Part shown: in pieces, positions 23,489-32,024 of the stretch
Layout: each line of letters starts with the position of its first letter
Numbering within the stretch: the stretch's first letter is position 1
Virus record (IMG/VR): IMGVR_UViG_3300038393_000457
Location: 19,809-83,808 of that record
DNA: 64,000 bases
Origin: a virus
Taxonomy: Duplodnaviria > Caudoviricetes
Reading direction: 5' to 3' (one strand)
The notes under the pieces: model-generated
Told to the model about the DNA's origin: nothing
The model's database searches: none
Seen by the model: only the letters and a program-made list of their open reading frames with translations
Translations under genes and position numbers: made by a program

Positions 23489-23928
23489 ATGTTTGGAAAG
23501 ACTGTATAATGAGTAGGAATAATTTGAAGGCGACCTAAGGATAGGGTAGTCCCGCGTGTAGTCACAGGTCCAATTAAAGTCTCCCATCTTATTGAAAATT
23601 ATACATCTTCTCCGACTGCCTGCACATTACGGTGTGTGATTGGAGCATCTGGTATTCCAATGTCTAGAAATAGGCGGCAGAGCAATTGAACAAATAAGTA
23701 GAATAGGAAATTCCCAACGGAGGGTGAGTGTCAACCACTGGAATGACATTTGCAAGTCTAGTATACATGAGTGGCCAGCCGTAAGGTAAAGCGCACGTGA
23801 AGGTCGACAACAGCCCGTATGTACTCTTTTGAAGTGCTATGCTACCCAAGAGTGGTAGGAAAGTAATAAGAAGGATGATGACGGTCCCCTGGATAACCGA
23901 AAGCCGAAGAACGTCAGACTTCCAACGT
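23489..23928 (+). ncRNA. Large structured ncRNA candidate (about 440 nt; ROOL/GOLLD size class)
   Basis: Ends pair (ATGTTTGGAAAG/CTTCCAACGT); purine-rich internal loops, GTAA/GAAA tetraloops; lies between tRNA-His and tRNA-Cys; no credible ORF. Family assignment not verified. Confidence 0.55.
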
Positions 23929-23961
23929 GTATATTAGAGACTGCAAGGGAATATTTTTTTT

Positions 23962-24039
23962 GGTGCCGTGGACTGAATGGATTTAGGCACGAGACTGCAA
24001 ATCTCGTTTATGTGGGTTCAAGTCCCACCGGCTCCTCCA
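23962..24039 (+). tRNA. tRNA-Cys(GCA)
   Basis: CGAGA-CTGCAAA-TCTCG; U73-CCA. Confidence 0.9.
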
Positions 24040-24060
24040 ATTTATATAATAAGGAAGATA

Positions 24061-24705
24061 ATGAAAGTAGCGTTGAAGGCTATTACCAAGCCAGTTGATG
24101 ATACCATGACAGTGGAAGACTTCGTTGCATATGTTGCACGAGTCTCCAATCCAGATAATCAAAACAACAAACTCACTTCCAAGAAGCTTCTAAAATATCT
24201 TCGGAAAAATAAGCATTTTTCCCCATTTGAGATGGTTAGTTTGGTAATAGAAGTCAATACTACTCGTGATATTGGTCGTCAGATTTTGCGTCATAGAAGT
24301 TGCCATTTCCAGGAATTTTCCCAGCGATATGCTGATCCAACTAAAATGGAATTTGTTTATCGAGAAGCCCGATTACAAGATAATAAAAATCGTCAAAATA
24401 GCATTGAGATTGATGACCCAGAATTGCAAAAAGAATGGGAAGCAATCCAATATGATATAATCTCTCGCGCAAAGGCAGGTTATCAATGGGCTGTTTCTAA
24501 AGGTATTGCCAAGGAACAAGCTAGAGTTGTATTACCGGAGGGATTAACAGCATCAAAAATGTATATTAGTGGCACTCTAAGAGATTGGTATTTTTATTGT
24601 CAACTTCGTATGTCCAACGGTACCCAGAAAGAACACATGGAAATTGCAAAAGCATGTTGGGATATCATCATTCAACAATTCCCTTCTTTGGCTGAAACAG
24701 AATGA
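24061..24705 (+). CDS. thyX: FAD-dependent thymidylate synthase
   Basis: H-SPFEM, QILRHRS-HFQEFSQRY signature, EQARVVLP, TQKEH. Confidence 0.95.
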   Translation: MKVALKAITKPVDDTMTVEDFVAYVARVSNPDNQNNKLTSKKLLKYLRKNKHFSPFEMVSLVIEVNTTRDIGRQILRHRSCHFQEFSQRYADPTKMEFVYREARLQDNKNRQNSIEIDDPELQKEWEAIQYDIISRAKAGYQWAVSKGIAKEQARVVLPEGLTASKMYISGTLRDWYFYCQLRMSNGTQKEHMEIAKACWDIIIQQFPSLAETE

Positions 24706-25133
24706 AGATTGATCCAGAACGTCTAAATAGTATGTTCCAGTTTGCTGGAATTGATAAAACCAAATTATATGATGCTCTCAGGACTATGGGCATCAAGCAA
24801 CTCAAGAAAGAAATGAGAGAGGGTTGGAGTCCTGACAATCCGACAAGGTGTTTCTGCTATGTGGTTTCGGAATTTGTTTACTGGTATGTCGCCCCTAACG
24901 GCTCAATTCCTTACTCTGTTGGCGTTCCTGGTGATCCTTGGATTCATCGGTATCTTCGGTGGCCTGATGGTACCGTTGTCGATCTAACAGCGGAACAATT
25001 TGACAACCATGAATTGGTAGATTATAATCTTGGTAAAAGGAGAATGTTTCTCCAAACTGGCTGTAAAGGCCCAAGCAAGCGCGCAAGAATGCTTGCAGAA
25101 TTGATGGGATATGACACTATTATCGCAAAGTGA
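24702..25133 (+). CDS. Hypothetical protein
   Basis: CYVVSE...H-YL....VDLTAEQF pattern; coupled to thyX. Confidence 0.65.
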   Translation: MKIDPERLNSMFQFAGIDKTKLYDALRTMGIKQLKKEMREGWSPDNPTRCFCYVVSEFVYWYVAPNGSIPYSVGVPGDPWIHRYLRWPDGTVVDLTAEQFDNHELVDYNLGKRRMFLQTGCKGPSKRARMLAELMGYDTIIAK

Positions 25134-25923
25134 AGAAGCTTCCGAATTTTTGAAATCTATTGGTAATTGGAGAGACCCTAATCCTGATCCAGTCATTACC
25201 GTACATGAAGGCATCCATGTTGTTCGGGATGATCTTCTAAATGCCGGCACCAAAGTAAGAGCAATTGACTATATCATTGGTCATATGAATCATGAAGTCA
25301 ACGAATGGGTAATGGGATCATGCCCTGCCATTGGTTATGCTCAAATTTCACTTCCAATAGTTTGTGCAAAACATGGAAAAAAGGCCGTAATCTTCGCTGC
25401 CAAAAGAGGGATGAATAATCTCCACCCATATCAGAAACGTGGAATTGAATTGGGTGTTAAATACTATTGGGTGGACAACGGAATGTTGACAGTTACCCAG
25501 AAGCGTGCTAGAGATTATGTCAATGCAAGTCCTGAGACGCGCAAGACTCTTCCGATGGGTCTTGAACATCCAACAGTATTTGGGTCGTTCATCAAAGTAG
25601 CGAGAAGTCTGCCAATCAAACCAGATTATGTCTGGTCGGCAGGGTCTTCTGGAACAGTCAATCGTTCTTTGCAGATGGCTTGGCCTGATGCTGAAGTTCA
25701 TGTTGTTTCAGTTGGACATAAAATGTCTGAACGGGAAATTGGAAGAGCGATTCATCATCGTTCATCCTATGCTTATACAGCAAGCGTAAAGGAAGTAGAT
25801 AAACCACCTTTTCCGTCTGTTCCCGAATATGACGCTAAAGTATGGCCTGTATTGAGAGAGTGGAAGTTGACAAACAAGATACCTGATAGTAAAATTGTGC
25901 TTTTCTGGAACGTAGGCGGATAA
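25111..25923 (+). CDS. PLP-dependent fold-type II enzyme (PALP / ACC deaminase-like)
   Basis: VVRDDLLNAGTKVR (Schiff-base Lys position), AGSSGT phosphate loop, YDAKVW, LFWNVG. Confidence 0.72.
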   Translation: MTLLSQSEEASEFLKSIGNWRDPNPDPVITVHEGIHVVRDDLLNAGTKVRAIDYIIGHMNHEVNEWVMGSCPAIGYAQISLPIVCAKHGKKAVIFAAKRGMNNLHPYQKRGIELGVKYYWVDNGMLTVTQKRARDYVNASPETRKTLPMGLEHPTVFGSFIKVARSLPIKPDYVWSAGSSGTVNRSLQMAWPDAEVHVVSVGHKMSEREIGRAIHHRSSYAYTASVKEVDKPPFPSVPEYDAKVWPVLREWKLTNKIPDSKIVLFWNVGG

Positions 25924-25954
25924 GCAAAAGACAACCCTTAAAAAGGAATCTCAA

Positions 25955-26125
25955 ATGGTAGACGTAGTAAAGACTGCTCAAGATGCGGCTAACACCGTAA
26001 ATCAGACTGCACAGACTGTAGAAACCAAGGTAGAGGTTTCCGAAAGCTGGGTGAAACAGCACCCTCTTATCACTCTAGCTATTGGTGCTGGTCTAGTTCT
26101 ATTGGTTCTAGCTCTGGTTCTTTAA
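25955..26125 (+). CDS. Tail-anchored small membrane protein (ElaB/YqjD-like topology)
   Basis: Hand translation ...WVKQHPLITLAIGAGLVLLVLALVL*; AAGGA RBS. Confidence 0.55.
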   Translation: MVDVVKTAQDAANTVNQTAQTVETKVEVSESWVKQHPLITLAIGAGLVLLVLALVL

Positions 26126-26137
26126 TCAATTTTTTAT

Positions 26138-26222
26138 GCGGGTATGGCGGAATTGGTAGACGTCCCGGCTTCAAACTCCGGCGAGGAAACTCATGGGGGT
26201 TCAAGTCCCTCTACCCGTACCA
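26138..26222 (+). tRNA. tRNA-Leu(CAA)
   Basis: GCGGGTA/TACCCGT-ACCA; GGCGGAATTGGTAGAC D arm; loop TTCAAAC; V arm GAG-GAAA-CTC. Confidence 0.88.
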
Positions 26223-26241
26223 GTTTTGTATAAAGGTAATT

Positions 26242-26412
26242 ATGAGTAATTTGTGGAAGACAGATACCGAATATAAAGTCGGTGATAGAGTTATGGTCCT
26301 TGGTAAGGAATATGAATGTACCAAGGATCATAAATCTAACGTCTTCGCAGACCAATTCTTTGGAAAGAACACCTCTCATAAGATAGAGGAAAAGGTCTGG
26401 AAGAAGGTTTAA
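26242..26412 (+). CDS. Stand-alone carbohydrate-binding-module-like protein (CBM5/12 pattern)
   Basis: Hand translation MSNLWKTDTEYKVGDRVMVLGKEYECTKDHKS...VWKKV*. Confidence 0.55.
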   Translation: MSNLWKTDTEYKVGDRVMVLGKEYECTKDHKSNVFADQFFGKNTSHKIEEKVWKKV

Positions 26413-26421
26413 AAATATTTT

Positions 26422-26498
26422 GCTACCGTAGCCCAACGGCAGGAGGCACGAGTCTTAGGAACTCGCCAGTGTCAGTTCGAATCTGACCGGTAGTACCA
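26422..26498 (+). tRNA. tRNA-Leu(UAG) with short variable loop
   Basis: GCTACCG/CGGTAGT-ACCA; CGAGT-CTTAGGA-ACTCG; 5-nt variable loop. Confidence 0.88.
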
Positions 26499-26511
26499 AT
26501 TTTGGTTTATT

Positions 26512-26745
26512 ATGCAATCTTTGATTGAAAGCTTCTTCAAGAATTTTAAATCAGCCAATATCTTATTGGAATGCATTCTTGACGGAACACATGTGGGATA
26601 TTGTGTTATTCACATCCCCAAGACAAAGAGACCAGATGATGGTGTGTCGTATAAACCCATCTGGCACGGTGAATGTAAGTATTGCAACAAACCAATCCAA
26701 TGTAATGAATTCGGAATGTGGGAATTAGAGAAGGATAAAAAATGA
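26512..26745 (+). CDS. Small Cys/His-containing hypothetical protein
   Basis: C..HIP...WHGECKYC pattern. Confidence 0.5.
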   Translation: MQSLIESFFKNFKSANILLECILDGTHVGYCVIHIPKTKRPDDGVSYKPIWHGECKYCNKPIQCNEFGMWELEKDKK

Positions 26746-27047
26746 AAGTGAATGATAATGTTGGTTTCCGTCCAATTGGAAACCAAGTATTGATTAGAGC
26801 AGAAGCAAATGCTTCGAAGAGTGCCGGTGGAATTTTAATTCCAGATAGCGCACAAGGTAGACCGACTGAAGGTGTTGTATTGGCAGTTGGTCAAGGTTCA
26901 CGAAACGACAAGGGTGAATTGATCCCTCTTGACGTTAAGCCTGGCGATAAGATCATGTTTGGTAAGTTTACTGGCACCGAGCTTTCCTTGAATGGAAATC
27001 GCTTGCTAATTATGAAAGAAACTGATATATTGGGTATTCTTAGTTAA
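26742..27047 (+). CDS. groES: Co-chaperonin GroES
   Basis: RPIGNQVLI, SAGGILIPDSA, G-VLAVG-G, VKPGDKIMFGKFTGTE, LLIMKETDILGI. Confidence 0.95.
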   Translation: MKVNDNVGFRPIGNQVLIRAEANASKSAGGILIPDSAQGRPTEGVVLAVGQGSRNDKGELIPLDVKPGDKIMFGKFTGTELSLNGNRLLIMKETDILGILS

Positions 27048-27125
27048 AGAAAAGTGGTATAGCGGAGAAATCGTAGCCACCACTCCTTCGACCAAAGGCG
27101 CTACATAAAGGTCGAAACAATTCAT

Positions 27126-27208
27126 GCACACGTCCCATAGCGGCCATTGGAGCAGACCCTTAATCTGTCGCGAAAGCATCGTCGGTTCGAGTCCGACCGT
27201 GTGTACCA
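27126..27208 (+). tRNA. tRNA-Lys(CUU) with long variable arm and C33
   Basis: GCACACG/CGTGTGT-ACCA; GCAGA-CCCTTAA-TCTGT; V arm GC-GAAA-GC. Confidence 0.82.
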
Positions 27209-27216
27209 ATTCTAAC

Positions 27217-27293
27217 GTCCTTGTGGTATAAAGGAATAGTGCCCCTCTTTCCTAAAGAGGTGTATGCAGGTTCGAATCCTGTCAAGGGCACCA
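27217..27293 (+). tRNA. tRNA-Arg(CCU)
   Basis: GTCCTTG/CAAGGGC-ACCA; CCTCT-TTCCTAA-AGAGG. Confidence 0.88.
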
Positions 27294-27308
27294 AAAAGGT
27301 ATTTTATT

Positions 27309-27698
27309 ATGAGCAAGATGAATAGACTGGGTAATGCCCACAACAAATATCAGAACTTCGATATGTATCCACGCGCACTATCCGTATGTTCTGCGGGTAT
27401 GCTTCGCTCTCCAACAGCAGCTTGGGTTCTCTCAAATGACCCTTTCAATTTCAACACGCGCGCTGTTGGTGCCAGTGACGAATATGCATTGATGGAAGTT
27501 GATGATGTTCATTTGGAATGGGCTGATTACGTCTTCTTTATGGAGGAGAAACATCACCGAGTTGTTAGTGAGAGATTTCCTAGCGTTCTTTCTGCCAAGA
27601 AATTTTTTGTATTGGATGTGCCGGACGATTTCCCGTATCGCCATCCTGAATTGGTGAAGATGATCACCGATAAGGTTAAGGGTGTTTTAGGTATCTAA
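27309..27698 (+). CDS. Low-molecular-weight protein tyrosine phosphatase-like protein
   Basis: P-loop VCSAGMLRSPTA (CX5R), EWAD-VFFME, LDVPDDF. Confidence 0.8.
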   Translation: MSKMNRLGNAHNKYQNFDMYPRALSVCSAGMLRSPTAAWVLSNDPFNFNTRAVGASDEYALMEVDDVHLEWADYVFFMEEKHHRVVSERFPSVLSAKKFFVLDVPDDFPYRHPELVKMITDKVKGVLGI

Positions 27699-28135
27699 TG
27701 CCACACAAAACGCCATATCTTGTCAGGACCGAAGTAATAATCCATCACGATTGGAATCCAGAATTCGATCAAGATGCCTTATGTGTTTGTGGTCATCCAT
27801 ATGAGCGACATTTCGATGGTTACGAAAATATGGAACCTATTGGTTGCAAATATTGCCATTGCCATATGTTTGGCGATACCGTTGAAAAATGGGAAGAAAG
27901 AAATAGACTGAAATATTGGAATGAACCTGAAAAAGAGAATTTGTACAGAGTCATCTCACTTCAGGATTATAAAGAAAAGATTGAGAAAAACAGACAAGGT
28001 AATTGGAATCTAAAATTGGGTCATGGATATCCAATGAAAGACGGTAAGGTCTGTTACTTGGTTTTCTTGGGTGCATATGATATAAAGAAGCTACCGTTTG
28101 AACCAGATGCATATTATTGGGTGGAGGAGGATTGA
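27698..28135 (+). CDS. Hypothetical protein with Cys/His cluster
   Basis: CVCGHPYERHFD...CKYCHC. Confidence 0.6.
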   Translation: MPHKTPYLVRTEVIIHHDWNPEFDQDALCVCGHPYERHFDGYENMEPIGCKYCHCHMFGDTVEKWEERNRLKYWNEPEKENLYRVISLQDYKEKIEKNRQGNWNLKLGHGYPMKDGKVCYLVFLGAYDIKKLPFEPDAYYWVEED

Positions 28136-28598
28136 TTATGCCGTGGCCAAAGAAGTGTGGAAATGGACGCCGTAAGAAGGGTAAGAAGAAGCGACTAAAG
28201 GCCTGGAGAAACAGGAACAAGAAGTCATGATGGATCACGAAAAGAACAATCCTTATATGCAGGAAAAGTTTGATTACTTTCCTCCTGCGTATAAGATGAC
28301 TCCACAAAGTCAGATAGAATCATTTCAGAAACGGTTCAGATATTTTAACCCAAAGTGTTCAGAAACAATTTTGGTGAATGAAACCTATAAATTTTGTGTG
28401 GATTATGTTCAGGATACATTGGAAGACCGGATTGGAATGATATGATAAACATGCTTAATTCTGAAGCATATAAGAATGCACCAAAATTAATTCAACGTAT
28501 TTGGGATAGATTCCCTGATAAGTCGGAATTGGAACTCTGTGATATCCTTATCAAAATGTGGTCCGAACAACCAACCTATGAAGATTGGAAATGGTTTG

Positions 28599-29009
28599 AT
28601 GAAACAGTTAAACGATATTCCAAGTAATGAAATCTTTGTGTTCGGCAGCAACCTGCGGGGGATTCACGGTGCCGGGGCGGCGTTGTATGCCAAACGCTAC
28701 TATGGAGCCGTTTATGGTGTTGGTGAAGGACGTACTGGTCAAGCTTATGCACTTCCAACTAAACGGACTCCATATCAATCATTGACATTGGCTGAAGTGG
28801 AAAATCATGTAACAAACTTCATCACATATGCCTATGAAAACCTCGATTTGCGTTTTATTGTAACACCTGTCGGATGTGGCCTAGCAGGGTTTCGTCATGA
28901 AGAAATTGGTCCCATGTTCACTTGTTCTCCAGACAATTGTATCCTTCCCAAAGGTTGGTGGCCATATAGTCTAGGTCAAAGATTGGAATATCACGATAGG
29001 TCTGAATGA
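28599..29009 (+). CDS. Phage protein with macro-domain-like glycine loop
   Basis: IFVFGSNLRGIHGAGAA...G-G-TGQAYALPTK...VTPVGCGLAG; fold assignment is inference. Confidence 0.6.
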   Translation: MKQLNDIPSNEIFVFGSNLRGIHGAGAALYAKRYYGAVYGVGEGRTGQAYALPTKRTPYQSLTLAEVENHVTNFITYAYENLDLRFIVTPVGCGLAGFRHEEIGPMFTCSPDNCILPKGWWPYSLGQRLEYHDRSE

Positions 29010-29193
29010 GAAGTAATCATCTGATACCACCAAACGCTCAACCAGGTGATTTCAACCTAAAAGGAAAACGAGGACCATTTCTTTTGAGTTGTGGTTGTTG
29101 TACAATCAGAAATCTCAAATGCCGTGAGCTAAATAAGATTGCCAAGAAAGAGTTGAAACAAGATTTGAACGAATATCATAATAAGGAAAAATA

Positions 29194-30243
29194 ATGAGTC
29201 GTAATGTTCTTATTTCCGGCGGAGCCGGCTTCATTGCCCATACAGTTATTGGCCATCTGTTGAAGAATACAGATTGGAATATAGTAGCATTAGATAGGTT
29301 GGATTTTTCTGGCAACCTAAATCGTCTAGCAGACATGATGCAGGATTTTGATCCAGAAACACGTAAGAGGGTTCGTGTTGAGTTCCATGATCTAAGAGCG
29401 GAACTAAATCCTCAACTCATTCATCAAATTGGTCCCGTAGATATCGTGTTGCATTTGGCAGCAGGATCACACGTTGACCGCTCTATTGAATTCCCGATGG
29501 AATTCGTTCAGGACAATGTTGTTGGTACATGCAACATCCTGAATTATGCACGACAACAGGATAAGTTGGAACGCTTCGTCTATTTCTCTACCGATGAAGT
29601 GTTTGGTCCTGCTCCAGATGGGATTGCTTACAAGGAACGTGATCGTTACAATTCAACGAATCCTTATTCAGCATCAAAGGCCGCCGGCGAGGAGCTTTGT
29701 GTTGCTTTCGAGAACACTTATAAGATGCCGATCTTTGTCACCCATACAATGAACGTCTTTGGTCAGAGGCAACATCCGGAAAAATTCATCCCGATGGCTA
29801 TCCAGAAGGTTCGTGACGGAGAGACTGTCAGCATCCATTCCGATAGCACTAGAACAAAGCCAGGTTCTCGTCATTACATCCATGCAGAAGACGTAGCGAG
29901 CGGTCTCCTTCATCTTCTGCATCTTCCAGACAATTGGAATAATAGTTTGGCAGCACAAGCAAACTGGGATCTTGGCGGTGCGCATTGTCCTAAGTTCAAT
30001 CTTGTTGGCAAGGAAGAGATTGACAATCTTACACTAGCACGTTATATTGCTGAGGCTCAAAACAAGCCATTGAACTATGAGCTTGTTGACTTCCATTCAT
30101 CAAGACCCGGACATGACTTGCGTTATGCATTGTCTGGTGACTATATGCGTAAGCTTGGATGGGAACCACAAATTTCTCTCAAGGAACGCATTACGGAAGT
30201 GGTTGATTGGACCCTTAAAAACCCTCGTTGGTTACGTCGTTAA
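29194..30243 (+). CDS. NDP-glucose 4,6-dehydratase (RmlB-like extended SDR)
   Basis: GGAGFIA, HLAAGSHVDRS, STDEVFG, NPYSASKA, RPGHDLRY. Confidence 0.9.
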   Translation: MSRNVLISGGAGFIAHTVIGHLLKNTDWNIVALDRLDFSGNLNRLADMMQDFDPETRKRVRVEFHDLRAELNPQLIHQIGPVDIVLHLAAGSHVDRSIEFPMEFVQDNVVGTCNILNYARQQDKLERFVYFSTDEVFGPAPDGIAYKERDRYNSTNPYSASKAAGEELCVAFENTYKMPIFVTHTMNVFGQRQHPEKFIPMAIQKVRDGETVSIHSDSTRTKPGSRHYIHAEDVASGLLHLLHLPDNWNNSLAAQANWDLGGAHCPKFNLVGKEEIDNLTLARYIAEAQNKPLNYELVDFHSSRPGHDLRYALSGDYMRKLGWEPQISLKERITEVVDWTLKNPRWLRR

Positions 30244-30289
30244 TCCGCGACAGACAAGCTTTTAACGTATTATTTATGGTTTCAGATAA

Positions 30290-30997
30290 ATGAAATATAC
30301 ATTCATAGTAACAAGCGCGGTCAATTCCAAATTCGGCAAGTTTAGTCCTGCCGAACGTTTGATCGACACTGAGAAGACAATTCAATCAGTCCAGGAAAAA
30401 GCACCTGAGGCTGATATTGTTTTGGTTGACATGTGTGGTGACCCTCTAACTGAGGATCAGAAGAAACGTCTTGCGGCACAAGTCACCGAAATTGTAGACT
30501 ATTCTGGTGTTCCTGATGTACAGGCAATCTATCAGATTCCAAATCATGATATCGTGAAGAACCTGACGGAAATGCTTTGCTTTGAAAGCCTGCTTCGTTC
30601 CAAGAACTGGAAGAAGTATGACCGCGTGTTCAAGATTTCTGGACGCTATCAATTGACCGACAAATTCAACATCGATGATTACAAGACTATGGGAACCCGG
30701 ATTGTATTTTCTGGTATTCACAAAAGTCAATTCGACCCCGCAGTCACCGGTAATCCTCCAGAAGATAACTTTCAGTTTATGAGTCGCCTCTGGTCGTTTC
30801 CAACATCATTGATAAATGAAATCACTGACGCATATTCCGCTATGGTGAAGAACATGGTGGAACGTATCAATTCTGGTGGATATATTGATATTGAACACCT
30901 GTTATACAAGCATATGCCAATAAACAATATCTCCTTTAAGATTCCGATTGGTTTGACTGGTGGCATTGCCCCTAATGGAATGGTTGTGAATGATTAA
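30290..30997 (+). CDS. Glycosyltransferase-like hypothetical protein
   Basis: FIVTS, FKISGRY, SRLWSF, DIEHLLY pattern; position in sugar cluster. Confidence 0.55.
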   Translation: MKYTFIVTSAVNSKFGKFSPAERLIDTEKTIQSVQEKAPEADIVLVDMCGDPLTEDQKKRLAAQVTEIVDYSGVPDVQAIYQIPNHDIVKNLTEMLCFESLLRSKNWKKYDRVFKISGRYQLTDKFNIDDYKTMGTRIVFSGIHKSQFDPAVTGNPPEDNFQFMSRLWSFPTSLINEITDAYSAMVKNMVERINSGGYIDIEHLLYKHMPINNISFKIPIGLTGGIAPNGMVVND

Positions 30998-32024
30998 GAA
31001 ACGTATTCTTATTGTTGGTGGTGAAGGTTATATTGGTTCTTATCTTTGTAATAACCTTCAGTATCAGTATGATATACTATCAATCGACCTTGGCTGGTTT
31101 ACACCAGATTCATGGAGAGCCTCAAGCCGTAGACCATCTGCTAAGAAAGTAACTTTTGTTCATGGTAGGATAACAACAGATTTAATTTTACCAATAGAAA
31201 GTTTTGATGCAATAATTTGGGTGGCAGGTCATTCCAGCGTCAAAATGTGTGAAAATGATTTCAATAGCGCCTATGAAAATAATGTCGTTGAATTTACTGG
31301 TTTTCTCGATGAATATATTAATACGTATAGAGATAGACGGCCACTTTTGATATTTACATCAAGTTCAAGTGTGTATGGTAATGTGGATCGTATGGCAATT
31401 GAGACTGAAGTTGACGATGGAAACATCCGAGGTCCATATGATCAGACAATGCGCCTGCGTGAAATTGATGCCAACAAGACGATGAAGAATGGTTGCAATA
31501 AAATTATCGGTTTAAGACTTGGCACCGTTTGTGGGTTTTCTCCAAACCAAAGAGAAGAATTGATGCTCAATAGCATGGTGCATTCTGGTCTCACAGAAGG
31601 TAAAATCTACTATTCGAATCCAGACACAAAGAGAGCTATTCTAGACCTGGATGATTTATCTGATATCATTGATACGATTCTCGACAAATATTTCGATGAC
31701 GAATATCAGGCAACCATTGATGATGGAAATTTTGCAGGTCTGTATAATACATCATCCTACAATTCTACAGTCGGTGAATTAGCTGAAATTTGTTTAGATA
31801 CCATGAGGAATAGAGGATTTAAGGTTGAATTGGTAGAATCTGATGCTCCAGCTTCCCCCTATTCATTTCATTTGGATCGATCTTTATTCCGAAAAAGATT
31901 GGGATTTATTAATAATTCTATAACTCCTAAAAATACAATCAATACCATCATTGATGGATATCTGAATAAGCCTTCGTACTATAATTTTGGTGATAGAAAT
32001 GAGCCACGACACTTCCGATACTAA
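30990..32024 (+). CDS. NAD-dependent epimerase/reductase (extended SDR)
   Basis: ILIVGGEGYIGS, TSSSSVYG, GLRLGTVCG. Confidence 0.85.
   Translation: MIKKRILIVGGEGYIGSYLCNNLQYQYDILSIDLGWFTPDSWRASSRRPSAKKVTFVHGRITTDLILPIESFDAIIWVAGHSSVKMCENDFNSAYENNVVEFTGFLDEYINTYRDRRPLLIFTSSSSVYGNVDRMAIETEVDDGNIRGPYDQTMRLREIDANKTMKNGCNKIIGLRLGTVCGFSPNQREELMLNSMVHSGLTEGKIYYSNPDTKRAILDLDDLSDIIDTILDKYFDDEYQATIDDGNFAGLYNTSSYNSTVGELAEICLDTMRNRGFKVELVESDAPASPYSFHLDRSLFRKRLGFINNSITPKNTINTIIDGYLNKPSYYNFGDRNEPRHFRY

Noticed and set aside
17189-23849. ORFs overlapping tRNAs and structured RNAs (e.g. 17189-17380, 17238-17513, 20363-20806, 22938-23132, 23044-23262, 23664-23849)
   Set aside because: No RBS or protein-like composition; the sequence is better explained by RNA pairing
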